This document shows positions 8,538 through 16,082 of a stretch of DNA of 32,000 bases, piece after piece. The position numbers were made by a program, and so were the translations under genes. A model generated the notes under the pieces. That model did not search any database, was not told the DNA's origin, and worked only from the letters and a program-made list of their open reading frames with translations. The stretch lies in assembly GCA_028279745.1 (NCBI GenBank), contig JANQNC010000001.1, forward strand, positions 510,001-542,000, written 5' to 3'. Each line of letters opens with the position of its first letter. Position 1 is the first letter of the stretch. Origin of the DNA: Candidatus Nanoarchaeia archaeon (GTDB lineage: Archaea > Nanobdellota > Nanobdellia > Woesearchaeales > JANQNC01).

Positions 8538-8780
8538 ATGGAAGAGACAATACAAAACATCATAGACACCATCAAAGAAATCCAAGAAGACGGATCCATA
8601 CCTAAAAATGTAATGTCAAAATTACAAGAAGTAAATGAAATTCTAAAAGCAGAAGAAGAAAAGTCAATCAAAGTGGATAAAGCACTTAATGTACTTGATG
8701 ACTTAGCAGAGGATGCAAACATACAAGCATACACAAGAACGCAAATCTGGAATGTGATAAGCGCGTTAGAAACAGCATAA
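8538..8780 (+). CDS. UPF0147-family small helical protein
   Basis: SIPKNVMSKLQEV.. and DANIQAYTRTQIWNVISALE resemble the UPF0147 signature. It commonly follows prefoldin beta in archaea. Start set to ATG 8538; the track start 8523 is GTG. Confidence 0.55.
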   Translation: MEETIQNIIDTIKEIQEDGSIPKNVMSKLQEVNEILKAEEEKSIKVDKALNVLDDLAEDANIQAYTRTQIWNVISALETA

Positions 8781-9341
8781 TTATTTTTTCTTTGTTAACC
8801 CTTCTTTAACTAGGTGAGAATTAGGAACTACAAGAATATCTCCCTTCTTTGTCTTAACCCTTACATCAAGAACACCTACTTTCTCGACAACGCCTTCAAT
8901 TCCCCTAATCTTAATCTTATCACCAACTTTAAGGATATCTTCTTTTATCGTGAACAATCCCGCAAAAAAGTTAGGTAGGAAGTCTCTCACCGACAAAAGA
9001 ACAGATAGAAGAATTAAAACTACCGCGATAACCAAAATGATCTGTAAAATAAACGTTCTGACACCTAACTGGTCTAACGCCATCAAAAAAGCAAGGATGT
9101 AGATAAGCCAAGATACCAACATACCAACAAATGACTCTAGTTCTAATTTAACACCTGTCTTCTTAACAAGCATATTAACCTCAATAGTATTCAGAAGTTT
9201 AGTTACTGACTTACCAGCTATCCTTCCAATAACAAGACCGACAAGAACAATAATAATCGCAATAATCAAATTACCAACAAAACCACTAGCAATAACCTCA
9301 TTAAATGAACTTACAGTCTGTACAACAGTCTCGTTTGCCAT
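8781..9341 (-). CDS. Small MscS-family mechanosensitive channel
   Basis: Three N-terminal TM helices, then VGDKIKIRGIEGVVEKVGVLDVRVKTKKGDILVVPNSHL (MscS beta-domain motif). ATG 9341 lies 26 nt from the TATA TTTTATAAAA (9363-9372); the track start is GTG. Confidence 0.7.
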   Translation of the reverse strand: MANETVVQTVSSFNEVIASGFVGNLIIAIIIVLVGLVIGRIAGKSVTKLLNTIEVNMLVKKTGVKLELESFVGMLVSWLIYILAFLMALDQLGVRTFILQIILVIAVVLILLSVLLSVRDFLPNFFAGLFTIKEDILKVGDKIKIRGIEGVVEKVGVLDVRVKTKKGDILVVPNSHLVKEGLTKKK

Positions 9342-9477
9342 ACCTTCTGTAGAGAGCACATCTTTTATAAAATTAATGTAAGATTAAGGAAAATTTAAAA
9401 AAGAAACCCCAAATAATAATGCCCAAACGTGCAGAAATTGGAAATTTCTTGCGTGCTAAAAATCAAAGATTTTTACA

Positions 9478-10650
9478 ATGGTCACAAAAAAAGACAAAGC
9501 TAAGCTAAAGGAAAGCAGAAAACCCGCTCAAGCTAAAAAAAAGGAAGTAACGGGAAGAGTTGAGCCAGACCAAAGAATAAAGGACTTAGAAGAACAAATA
9601 TCAAAAACAAAATACAACAAAAGAACACAAGGCGCAATAGGCTTAATGAAAGCTCAGCTTGCAAAACTAAAAGAGAAAAAAGAAGCAAGAGCAAGCAAGA
9701 AAACAGTACACGAAGGATATTCAATAAGAAAAACAGGAGATGCTGCAGTAATAATGGTTGGATTCCCATCAGTAGGAAAGTCAACACTACTAAATGCATT
9801 AACAAACGCAGAATCAGAAGTTGCACACTACGCATTCACAACACTGACTGTAGTACCCGGAGTTCTTGATTATAAGGGTGCCAAAATACAAGTTCTAGAT
9901 GTTCCAGGAGTTGTTGCAGGAGCAGCATCAGGAAAAGGAAGAGGAAAAGAAGTGCTATCTGTAATGAGAAATGCAGAGATGACAATGGTCGTTGTGGATG
10001 CAAACTTCCCAGAACACTATGAGCAACTGCAAAAAGAGATGGCGGAAGTAGGGATAAGACCCAACCAACAACCCCCAGATGTGAGAATAACAAAAAAAGC
10101 AACAGGTGGAATAAGGGTTGCATCAACAGTCAAGCTAACTAAGATAGATGTTGAAACTGTGAAAATAGTTATGAAAGAATTTAGGATAGTGAACGCAGAC
10201 ATAGTAATAAGAACCGACATTTCTGTTGATCAATTGATTGATGTTTTAGAAAAGAACAAAGTGTATATGCCAACAATACTTGTCTTAACAAAAATAGACA
10301 CGATCAGCTCTGAAAGATTAGATGAATTGAAAAAAATGTTAAACCCAGACATATGCATATCAGTACACAAAAAATATGGATTGGAGGATCTGAAAGAGTT
10401 GATATTCAACAAACTCTCATTCATCAGGATCTACACAAAAGAAATTGGCAAAGAGGCAGACATGAAAGAACCAATGATCATGCTGAAGGGAATAACTGTA
10501 AGAGGAATGTGCAGAAAATTACATAAAGATTTCGAGACCAAATTCAAATTCTCAAGAGTGTGGGGCAAAAGTGCAAAATTTCCAGGACAAAAGTTTATGT
10601 TGGATCATGAACTAGTAGATGGGGATGTGCTTGAAATACATTTGAACTAA
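9478..10650 (+). CDS. DRG-type (OBG-family) GTPase with C-terminal TGS domain
   Basis: N-terminal KYNKRTQGAIGLMKAQLAKLK, G1 GFPSVGKST, FTTL, DVPG, and a C-terminal TGS-like ..VDGDVLEIHL. Confidence 0.8.
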   Translation: MVTKKDKAKLKESRKPAQAKKKEVTGRVEPDQRIKDLEEQISKTKYNKRTQGAIGLMKAQLAKLKEKKEARASKKTVHEGYSIRKTGDAAVIMVGFPSVGKSTLLNALTNAESEVAHYAFTTLTVVPGVLDYKGAKIQVLDVPGVVAGAASGKGRGKEVLSVMRNAEMTMVVVDANFPEHYEQLQKEMAEVGIRPNQQPPDVRITKKATGGIRVASTVKLTKIDVETVKIVMKEFRIVNADIVIRTDISVDQLIDVLEKNKVYMPTILVLTKIDTISSERLDELKKMLNPDICISVHKKYGLEDLKELIFNKLSFIRIYTKEIGKEADMKEPMIMLKGITVRGMCRKLHKDFETKFKFSRVWGKSAKFPGQKFMLDHELVDGDVLEIHLN

Positions 10651-10652
10651 AA

Positions 10653-12710
10653 ATGTGCGGAATCATAGGGGTGTTTAACGGAACAGTTTCTGAAGTTAAG
10701 TCCGGATTAAAGAAAATTAAGAACAGAGGAAAAGACAACACAGGAATAGTTTCTGAAGGTAAAAATCATCTAGGACATAACTTACATTCAGTCGTCAATT
10801 CAGTAGCACAACCTTTACTTGGAAAAGGGAAATTTGTTGCAAACTGTGAAATTTACAATTGGGCAGATTTGAACAGCAAATATAAACTGAATGCAAAAAA
10901 CGATTCTGATCTGTTGTTTAAACTTATTGAGAAAAAAGGAATTGAGAAAATAAGCAAGATTCTTGATGAAATAGATGGAGTGTATGCATTTGCATACTGG
11001 TCAGTAGATGAAGTTGTCGTATGCAGAGATATAATGGGTGAAAAACCAGTATGGTTTACAGATGAGAATGGGTTAAGATTTGCATCAGAAAAAAAAGCTT
11101 TGAAAGGTGAAAGGATTGAAGAATTAAATCCTAGAAAGATATTGCACTATGATGTTAATAGCAAGAAAATAACATTTGAAGAAAGAGAATTCTTTAAGAC
11201 AGACAATCTGAAGGAAAGCAAAGCTGCAATAAAGAAAAAAACACTGAAGCTGATAGAATCTGCAGTCAGAAAAAGATTGCCCGAACGAAAGTTTGGAATA
11301 CTGTTTTCAGGTGGGATAGATTCCACAACGATAGCATACATATGCAAAAAATATGGGGTCGAATTTACTTGTTATACTGCTGCACTAGAAGAGAAAGGCA
11401 TGGGGAAAGCAAAAGATCTGGAACAGGCTGAAGAAGTTGCTAAAGAGTTAGGATTTAAGCTAAAGAAAAAAGTGATAAGTTTATCTGAGGTTAAGAAAAA
11501 GTTGAAAAAGATAGTTCCACTTATTGAAGACAGCAATGTTGTAAAAGTGGGTGTGGCTTTAACTTTCTATGTTGCATGCGAGATGGCAAAAAAAGACGGA
11601 GTGAAAGTAATCTTTTCTGGATTGGGTAGCGAGGAAATATTTGCAGGATATGACAGACATAAAAAAAGCACAGATATCAATAAAGAATGCGTTTCTGGAT
11701 TGTTAAAAATGTATGAGAGAGATCTCTATAGAGATGATGTTATAACGATGAACAACTCAATTGAGTTAAGGACGCCATTCTTGGATACTTCATTAGTTGA
11801 ATATGCACTTAAGATTCCTGCAAAGTATAAGATTAAAGATGACATGGGCAAGATGGTGTTGCGAGAGATCGCTAGTGAGATAGGTGTGCCTTCAAAATTT
11901 GCACTCTTGAAGAAAAGAGCAGCACAGTACGGGAGCAAGTTTGACAGAGCTATCGCTAAGTTGGCTAAGAAAGAAGGAAAAAGCAAATCAGAATATCTGT
12001 TGCAGTACTATCCCGAGAAGAATGTGCGTCTTGGGGTTTTGTTTAGCTCAGGAAAAGACTCCATGTATGCAATGCACACAATGCAGAAACAAAACTACCC
12101 GATTGAGTGCTTGATAAGCTTGAAAAGTGCTAACGAGTATAGTTATATGTTTCACACACCAAATATTGACTTAGTCGATTTGCAAGCAGAATCGTTGGGA
12201 ATTCCACTCATTAAGGGAGAGACCGAAGGTGTTAAAGAGAAAGAACTAGCAGATTTGAAGAAGGTCATATCAGAAGCTAAGAAGAAATACAAGATACAAG
12301 GAATCGTAACAGGCGCAATATTTTCAAACTATCAAAGAGATAGAGTGGAAAAGATATGCGATAGTCTTGGGTTAAAAATATTCTCTCCACTATGGCACAT
12401 TGACCAAGAGATAGAGATGAGACAGATAATAGATAATGGATATTCAATAGTTATGAGTTCTATTGCAGCAGAGGGTTTAGATAAAAAATGGTTAGGTCGA
12501 GAGATTAAACATAAAGATATTGATAAATTAGTTCACTTACGGGAATCCATAGGATTGAATGTAGCAGGAGAAGGGGGAGAGTTTGAATCATTAGTGTTAG
12601 ACGGACCAGGATTTAGTAAAAGAATAGAGATATCGAAATCCGACATAGTTGAAGAAAGTCCCGAGTGCGCAAGATTTATCGTAAAGAAAGCTAAATTGGT
12701 TGATAAATAA
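10653..12710 (+). CDS. Fusion protein: AsnB-like glutamine amidotransferase/asparagine-synthase domains + Dph6-like diphthine-ammonia ligase domain
   Basis: MCGIIGVF (Ntn Cys2), NCEIYNW, RDIMGEKPVWF, ILFSGGIDSTT (PP-loop 1, 11307-11324), GSEEIFAGYDRH. Then a second PP-loop VLFSSGKDSMYA (12048-12062), GAIFSNYQRDRVE, PLWH and GEGGEFESLVLDGP (12567-12590), typical of the MJ0570/Dph6 family. Single uninterrupted frame. Confidence 0.75.
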   Translation: MCGIIGVFNGTVSEVKSGLKKIKNRGKDNTGIVSEGKNHLGHNLHSVVNSVAQPLLGKGKFVANCEIYNWADLNSKYKLNAKNDSDLLFKLIEKKGIEKISKILDEIDGVYAFAYWSVDEVVVCRDIMGEKPVWFTDENGLRFASEKKALKGERIEELNPRKILHYDVNSKKITFEEREFFKTDNLKESKAAIKKKTLKLIESAVRKRLPERKFGILFSGGIDSTTIAYICKKYGVEFTCYTAALEEKGMGKAKDLEQAEEVAKELGFKLKKKVISLSEVKKKLKKIVPLIEDSNVVKVGVALTFYVACEMAKKDGVKVIFSGLGSEEIFAGYDRHKKSTDINKECVSGLLKMYERDLYRDDVITMNNSIELRTPFLDTSLVEYALKIPAKYKIKDDMGKMVLREIASEIGVPSKFALLKKRAAQYGSKFDRAIAKLAKKEGKSKSEYLLQYYPEKNVRLGVLFSSGKDSMYAMHTMQKQNYPIECLISLKSANEYSYMFHTPNIDLVDLQAESLGIPLIKGETEGVKEKELADLKKVISEAKKKYKIQGIVTGAIFSNYQRDRVEKICDSLGLKIFSPLWHIDQEIEMRQIIDNGYSIVMSSIAAEGLDKKWLGREIKHKDIDKLVHLRESIGLNVAGEGGEFESLVLDGPGFSKRIEISKSDIVEESPECARFIVKKAKLVDK

Positions 12711-12711
12711 A

Positions 12712-13176
12712 ATGTTAGTTATAATATGCGGTAAGGAAAGAGTAGGAAAGACAACAGTTGCAGAGAAGATTGCAGAAAAAATAGATGGAATCATAATAAG
12801 AAATGATGCAGTAAGAGATGAAATAATAGAAAACCCAACCTATTCAGAAGAAGAGCTACAAAAAGTGTATGATGAATCTTTTTCAAGAGCAGAAAAATTG
12901 ATTAGTGAGGGAAAGAATGTCATCTTAGACTCAACATTCACAAAAAAGTCCAATAGAGATAAAGCAAAAAACATATCTGATGAAAATATACTTATTGAGG
13001 TTGTCTGTCCTTCAGATGTTATGGAAGAAAGAATAAAAAGAATATATGGAGACAAAGGACAGGAAAAGCTAGATTATCTGGATGAAAAAAATAAGCGTTT
13101 TGAACCTGTAGATGAAGAACATGCGACAATAGACACTTCTAAAGATATAGATGAACAGATAGAAAAAATTATTTGA
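12712..13176 (+). CDS. Small P-loop kinase-like ATPase (AAA_33 / KTI12-PSTK-like)
   Basis: N-terminal Walker A ICGKERVGKTT and a compact kinase-like length. ATG starts 1 nt after the upstream stop; the track start is TTG. Substrate unknown. Confidence 0.5.
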   Translation: MLVIICGKERVGKTTVAEKIAEKIDGIIIRNDAVRDEIIENPTYSEEELQKVYDESFSRAEKLISEGKNVILDSTFTKKSNRDKAKNISDENILIEVVCPSDVMEERIKRIYGDKGQEKLDYLDEKNKRFEPVDEEHATIDTSKDIDEQIEKII

Positions 13177-15145
13177 CTATATCATAAACCACAATAAAGC
13201 ACTCTTTGTGTTCTTTAACAGCTAATTTGTCTCCGAACTTCTTTGCAATGTCTTCAGCAGAAAGTTTAGGGTTGAGTTTTACATCATACTTTAAGTTCTT
13301 GAACTCTATCTTTTCAAAAGTAGAATAAGCAGAAGGATTATGAAGACAGTTTAATGAATCGGATAAGACATATTGACCGTTCTTATGTTCTAAAAGATTC
13401 ATAGAATAAAACTTGTGCAGTATTGTATCAACAGTTTGGTCTGATAAAGCCATATCTTGAGGCTTGACACCACTATTCTTAACAAACTCTTCAATAAAAG
13501 CAACTTCTTGGATTGAGAAGCTTGAAACTATTGGGACAGGAAAATGTTTTCCGTTCTCAACAGCAGTAATCAGTTCACCTTTGTATAAGTCGAAAAGAAG
13601 GTTGAACTCGTTGTCTCCTTTTTCACAGGTAAGCATAACTGAAGGAACTAAAAAAGTTTTAATGTTTACATCACCATGCATAACCTTCAAATCTTTAGTG
13701 GAAGTTTTTGGTAAAATAACTGGCACCAAATCATCTTCCTTAAAATTTTCAACCTCTTTCAAAACATCAACAGCATCTTCTTCTATAACCTTAACAGCTT
13801 CACCACCATGCTTTGATTTTCTAACTCTCACATTTACCATTAAAGGAAGGTCAACAACACCCGTAACTAACGCAGAACCCACAGGTAAGTTTCTGATCTC
13901 CCTCTCCGTTTCATTTGTTATTCCTTCAACACTAGTTGAAACTGCTTTCAAATCATTAGGGTTTGTAAGTTTCAAGATAAGTTGAGTTGAACATTGCGAG
14001 ATTATGGATTTTTCAACCCTCGCAGGTCTTTGACTAATGACACAAAGACCCAAACCAAACTTCCTGCCTTCAGAAGCTAAGTCTCTCAATATTGTTGATG
14101 ATTTCTTTTCCCCAAAACCTCTCTCAGGACAGAAGTTATGCGCTTCCTCAACCACTAAGAAGAAAGGAGGGATTGAACCTGATTTTCTAAGCATGTAAAG
14201 ATCTTTCAAAAGCTTGTACGCAACAATCTCCTGGATAACAGGATCTACACCCTTGAAATTAATAACTGAACACTTACCTGGCTTAACCAATTCAGAATAG
14301 TCCGTGCCAGCAGCAGAGAACACTTTTAATTTCCTAAGATAGTCAAGCATGTTGATAATGCTCCACTTCTGACCAGACTCTTGCTCTTCTAACTCACTTA
14401 TTAATTCGTCAAAACTGAACAAGTTAAGATTCTTTAATGCCGCGTAAAGGATGCCTGATTGAGCAGAGCTAAGCTTAGCAGGAAGAATATGTAACAGTTC
14501 TACCGAGTTAAGTTTAGAATCAAGTTTCAAAGGGATTGCGTCTTTGTTAAATCTATTGTCAGGAGAATACTCCCTTACAGACTCGCCATACCCTTTAGGT
14601 GAAATGTTAAACTTAGGAAATAGATCGTTATCAGAATCGTTAGGGAACTTAAGCGAAGTATATTCTCCATGCGGATCCAGGATTATGAGAGGTACTTTCT
14701 TTTCCATGATCTCTTCTAGCAAAACCCCGACAGCATAACTTTTTCCAGCGCCAGACTTTGCTAACACTGCTACGTGCTTAGTAAGAAGATTGTTTAGATT
14801 AAGATAAACAGGAATATTCCTTCCTTCTAACAAACCAACATATGCACCAGTTTCAGCTAGTTGGATAATTGTTTTAATGAATTCATCATCTGCTAAAAGA
14901 ACTTCGTCACCCGCATAAAAAGGAGTTCTGATCTGCTTTACTCTTCCATCATTATCCTTGAAACCAATTGCAATACACTTAGCTAATGTTCTGCTGTTTT
15001 CTCTTATAAGCTCCACAATCTGGCACAAAGTGTAGCCATGATCCTTATGAAATACTTGGACATAGTCAAACTTCTTCGCATAGCTACTAACGACAAAATC
15101 AAACTCTGTCGTTGACAACTTCCCAACTATCTTTCCAAGAATCAT
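13169..15145 (-). CDS. HerA-like (DUF87/FtsK-HerA superfamily) ATPase with about 200-aa C-terminal extension
   Basis: N-terminal HAS-barrel-like region, Walker A LAKSGAGKSYA, Walker B FFLVVEEAHNF, and CVISQRPARV. An additional about 200 aa of unknown function follow ..VRKSKHGG. Confidence 0.75.
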   Translation of the reverse strand: MILGKIVGKLSTTEFDFVVSSYAKKFDYVQVFHKDHGYTLCQIVELIRENSRTLAKCIAIGFKDNDGRVKQIRTPFYAGDEVLLADDEFIKTIIQLAETGAYVGLLEGRNIPVYLNLNNLLTKHVAVLAKSGAGKSYAVGVLLEEIMEKKVPLIILDPHGEYTSLKFPNDSDNDLFPKFNISPKGYGESVREYSPDNRFNKDAIPLKLDSKLNSVELLHILPAKLSSAQSGILYAALKNLNLFSFDELISELEEQESGQKWSIINMLDYLRKLKVFSAAGTDYSELVKPGKCSVINFKGVDPVIQEIVAYKLLKDLYMLRKSGSIPPFFLVVEEAHNFCPERGFGEKKSSTILRDLASEGRKFGLGLCVISQRPARVEKSIISQCSTQLILKLTNPNDLKAVSTSVEGITNETEREIRNLPVGSALVTGVVDLPLMVNVRVRKSKHGGEAVKVIEEDAVDVLKEVENFKEDDLVPVILPKTSTKDLKVMHGDVNIKTFLVPSVMLTCEKGDNEFNLLFDLYKGELITAVENGKHFPVPIVSSFSIQEVAFIEEFVKNSGVKPQDMALSDQTVDTILHKFYSMNLLEHKNGQYVLSDSLNCLHNPSAYSTFEKIEFKNLKYDVKLNPKLSAEDIAKKFGDKLAVKEHKECFIVVYDIVK

Positions 15146-15167
15146 ACCTACTCCAGAATGGCATCAA

Positions 15168-15175
15168 TTTATAAT
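15168..15175 (-). promoter_or_regulatory. TATA box for the HerA-like gene
   Basis: ATTATAAA on the minus strand (plus-strand TTTATAAT), centred about 26 nt upstream of ATG 15145. Confidence 0.45.
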
Positions 15176-15233
15176 ATTTTTGGTGGATTTAAAAACGACG
15201 CTAATGTCACAGTAGTATATAAGAAAAAGCAGT

Positions 15234-15249
15234 CTTATTTATAAATAAG
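15234..15249 (+). promoter_or_regulatory. Perfectly palindromic TATA element CTTATTTATAAATAAG
   Basis: 16-nt perfect palindrome with TTTATAAA at 15238-15245. The predicted TSS is about 15264-15268, which gives the 77-aa ORF a leader of about 125 nt. Confidence 0.45.
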
Positions 15250-15290
15250 AAAGCATTATCTCTATGGAGAAATATAAAAAATCACACAGT

Positions 15291-15312
15291 AGGAGGAAAA
15301 TAAAAAATGGCA
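15291..15312 (+). repeat. Copy 1 of a duplicated translation-initiation region (AGGAGGAAAATAAAAAATGGCA)
   Basis: 21/22 identical to 15378-15399. Its ATG (15307) opens only a 3-codon ORF (MAR-stop, 15307-15318). Confidence 0.7.
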
Positions 15313-15377
15313 AGGTAACAGCTGAAGCATCGGCTGGCACTGCAGGCGGCGTTCGCTAACGCTCAGCCACCTAGCGA
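15313..15377 (+). promoter_or_regulatory. GC-rich structured leader segment (possible cis-regulatory RNA)
   Basis: Visibly much more GC-rich than its surroundings. Hairpin GGCGUU-CGCU-AACGCU (15348-15363), outer helix GGCUG (15332-15336)/CAGCC (15364-15368), and CCACCU (15367-15372) able to pair with the SD AGGAGG (15378-15383). Confidence 0.35.
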
Positions 15378-15399
15378 AGGAGGAAAACAAAAAATGGCA
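15378..15399 (+). repeat. Copy 2 of the duplicated translation-initiation region (AGGAGGAAAACAAAAAATGGCA)
   Basis: Provides the SD and ATG (15394) of the 77-aa ORF. Confidence 0.7.
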
Positions 15400-15627
15400 G
15401 AAGAACAAGTAAGCAAAGACGAACAAGTAGGATTTCACAAAGGAGCATTAACAACATTAGCAAAAGAAAGAGAAGAGATGGTAAAAGTAGTTCAAGTAGT
15501 TGAACAGTTAATGCAGATGCACGTTAAAGCTTTGAAAGATCTAGGTGTTGACTTAGAAGAACAAGCTAAAAAAATAGCTGAAACTGCAAAATCTGAAGGC
15601 AAACCAATCGAAGATATGCTAAAGTGA
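15394..15627 (+). CDS. Small helical hypothetical protein (77 aa)
   Basis: GGAGG lies 10 nt upstream of the ATG. Its stop overlaps the GTG start of the next gene (GTGA). No family recognised. Confidence 0.5.
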   Translation: MAEEQVSKDEQVGFHKGALTTLAKEREEMVKVVQVVEQLMQMHVKALKDLGVDLEEQAKKIAETAKSEGKPIEDMLK

Positions 15628-16082
15628 AACGACAGCAATTAAGCAAAAAAGACGTTAAAGAGATAAACTCCAAACTAGAGGAAAGGTTTGGAGTCCAAAA
15701 TTTTATTGATAAAAAGTCTTCTTTAGAATTAATTGATGACAAATTCTTGAAAGTGGATAATGAGATTGTGTTCTTTTATCTGGATGACGAGATAGTTCCA
15801 ACACTTAAACAATTATTAAAAGAGAACTTCTTGAAAAAGATAACTGTAGACATGGGCGCAGTCAAGTTTGTTGTAAAAGGCGCAGACATAATGCGACCAG
15901 GAATAACTGAAATTGAGGAAGGGATCAAAAAGGATTCAATAATAGTTGTTGTTGATGAGAACAATCAGAAACCTCTTGCAGTAGGCAGATGTTTGCTTGG
16001 AAGTGAAGAAATTAAGGAAAGTAGTGAAGGTAAAGTGATAAAGAATCTACATTACGTAGGGGATGAAATCTGGAACAGTTAG
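15624..16082 (+). CDS. PUA-domain RNA-binding protein (Tma20/MCT-1-like, COG2016-type)
   Basis: N-terminal ..LSKKDVKEINSKLEE.., then the PUA core VKGADIMRPGI..IVVVDENNQKPLAVGRCL..GKVIKNLHYVGDEIW. Confidence 0.7.
   Translation: MKRQQLSKKDVKEINSKLEERFGVQNFIDKKSSLELIDDKFLKVDNEIVFFYLDDEIVPTLKQLLKENFLKKITVDMGAVKFVVKGADIMRPGITEIEEGIKKDSIIVVVDENNQKPLAVGRCLLGSEEIKESSEGKVIKNLHYVGDEIWNS

Noticed and set aside
9431-9452. 7-bp palindrome AGAAATT-GGA-AATTTCT with CGTGC direct flanks upstream of the DRG gene
   Set aside because: A short A/T palindrome in AT-rich DNA is likely chance. I could not place the DRG TATA box confidently enough to argue that it is an operator.
9533-10126. Leu-rich antisense ORFs inside the DRG gene
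   Set aside because: They are a compositional artefact of Lys/Glu-rich coding sequence on the other strand.
13464-13985. 173-aa plus-strand ORF inside the HerA-like gene
   Set aside because: It is antisense to a gene with clear Walker motifs, is S/T-rich and low-complexity, and has no promoter.
13169-15145. HerA as part of a canonical HerA-NurA-Mre11-Rad50 repair operon
   Set aside because: No NurA, Mre11 or Rad50-like ORF is adjacent, and the flanking genes are unrelated and on the other strand.
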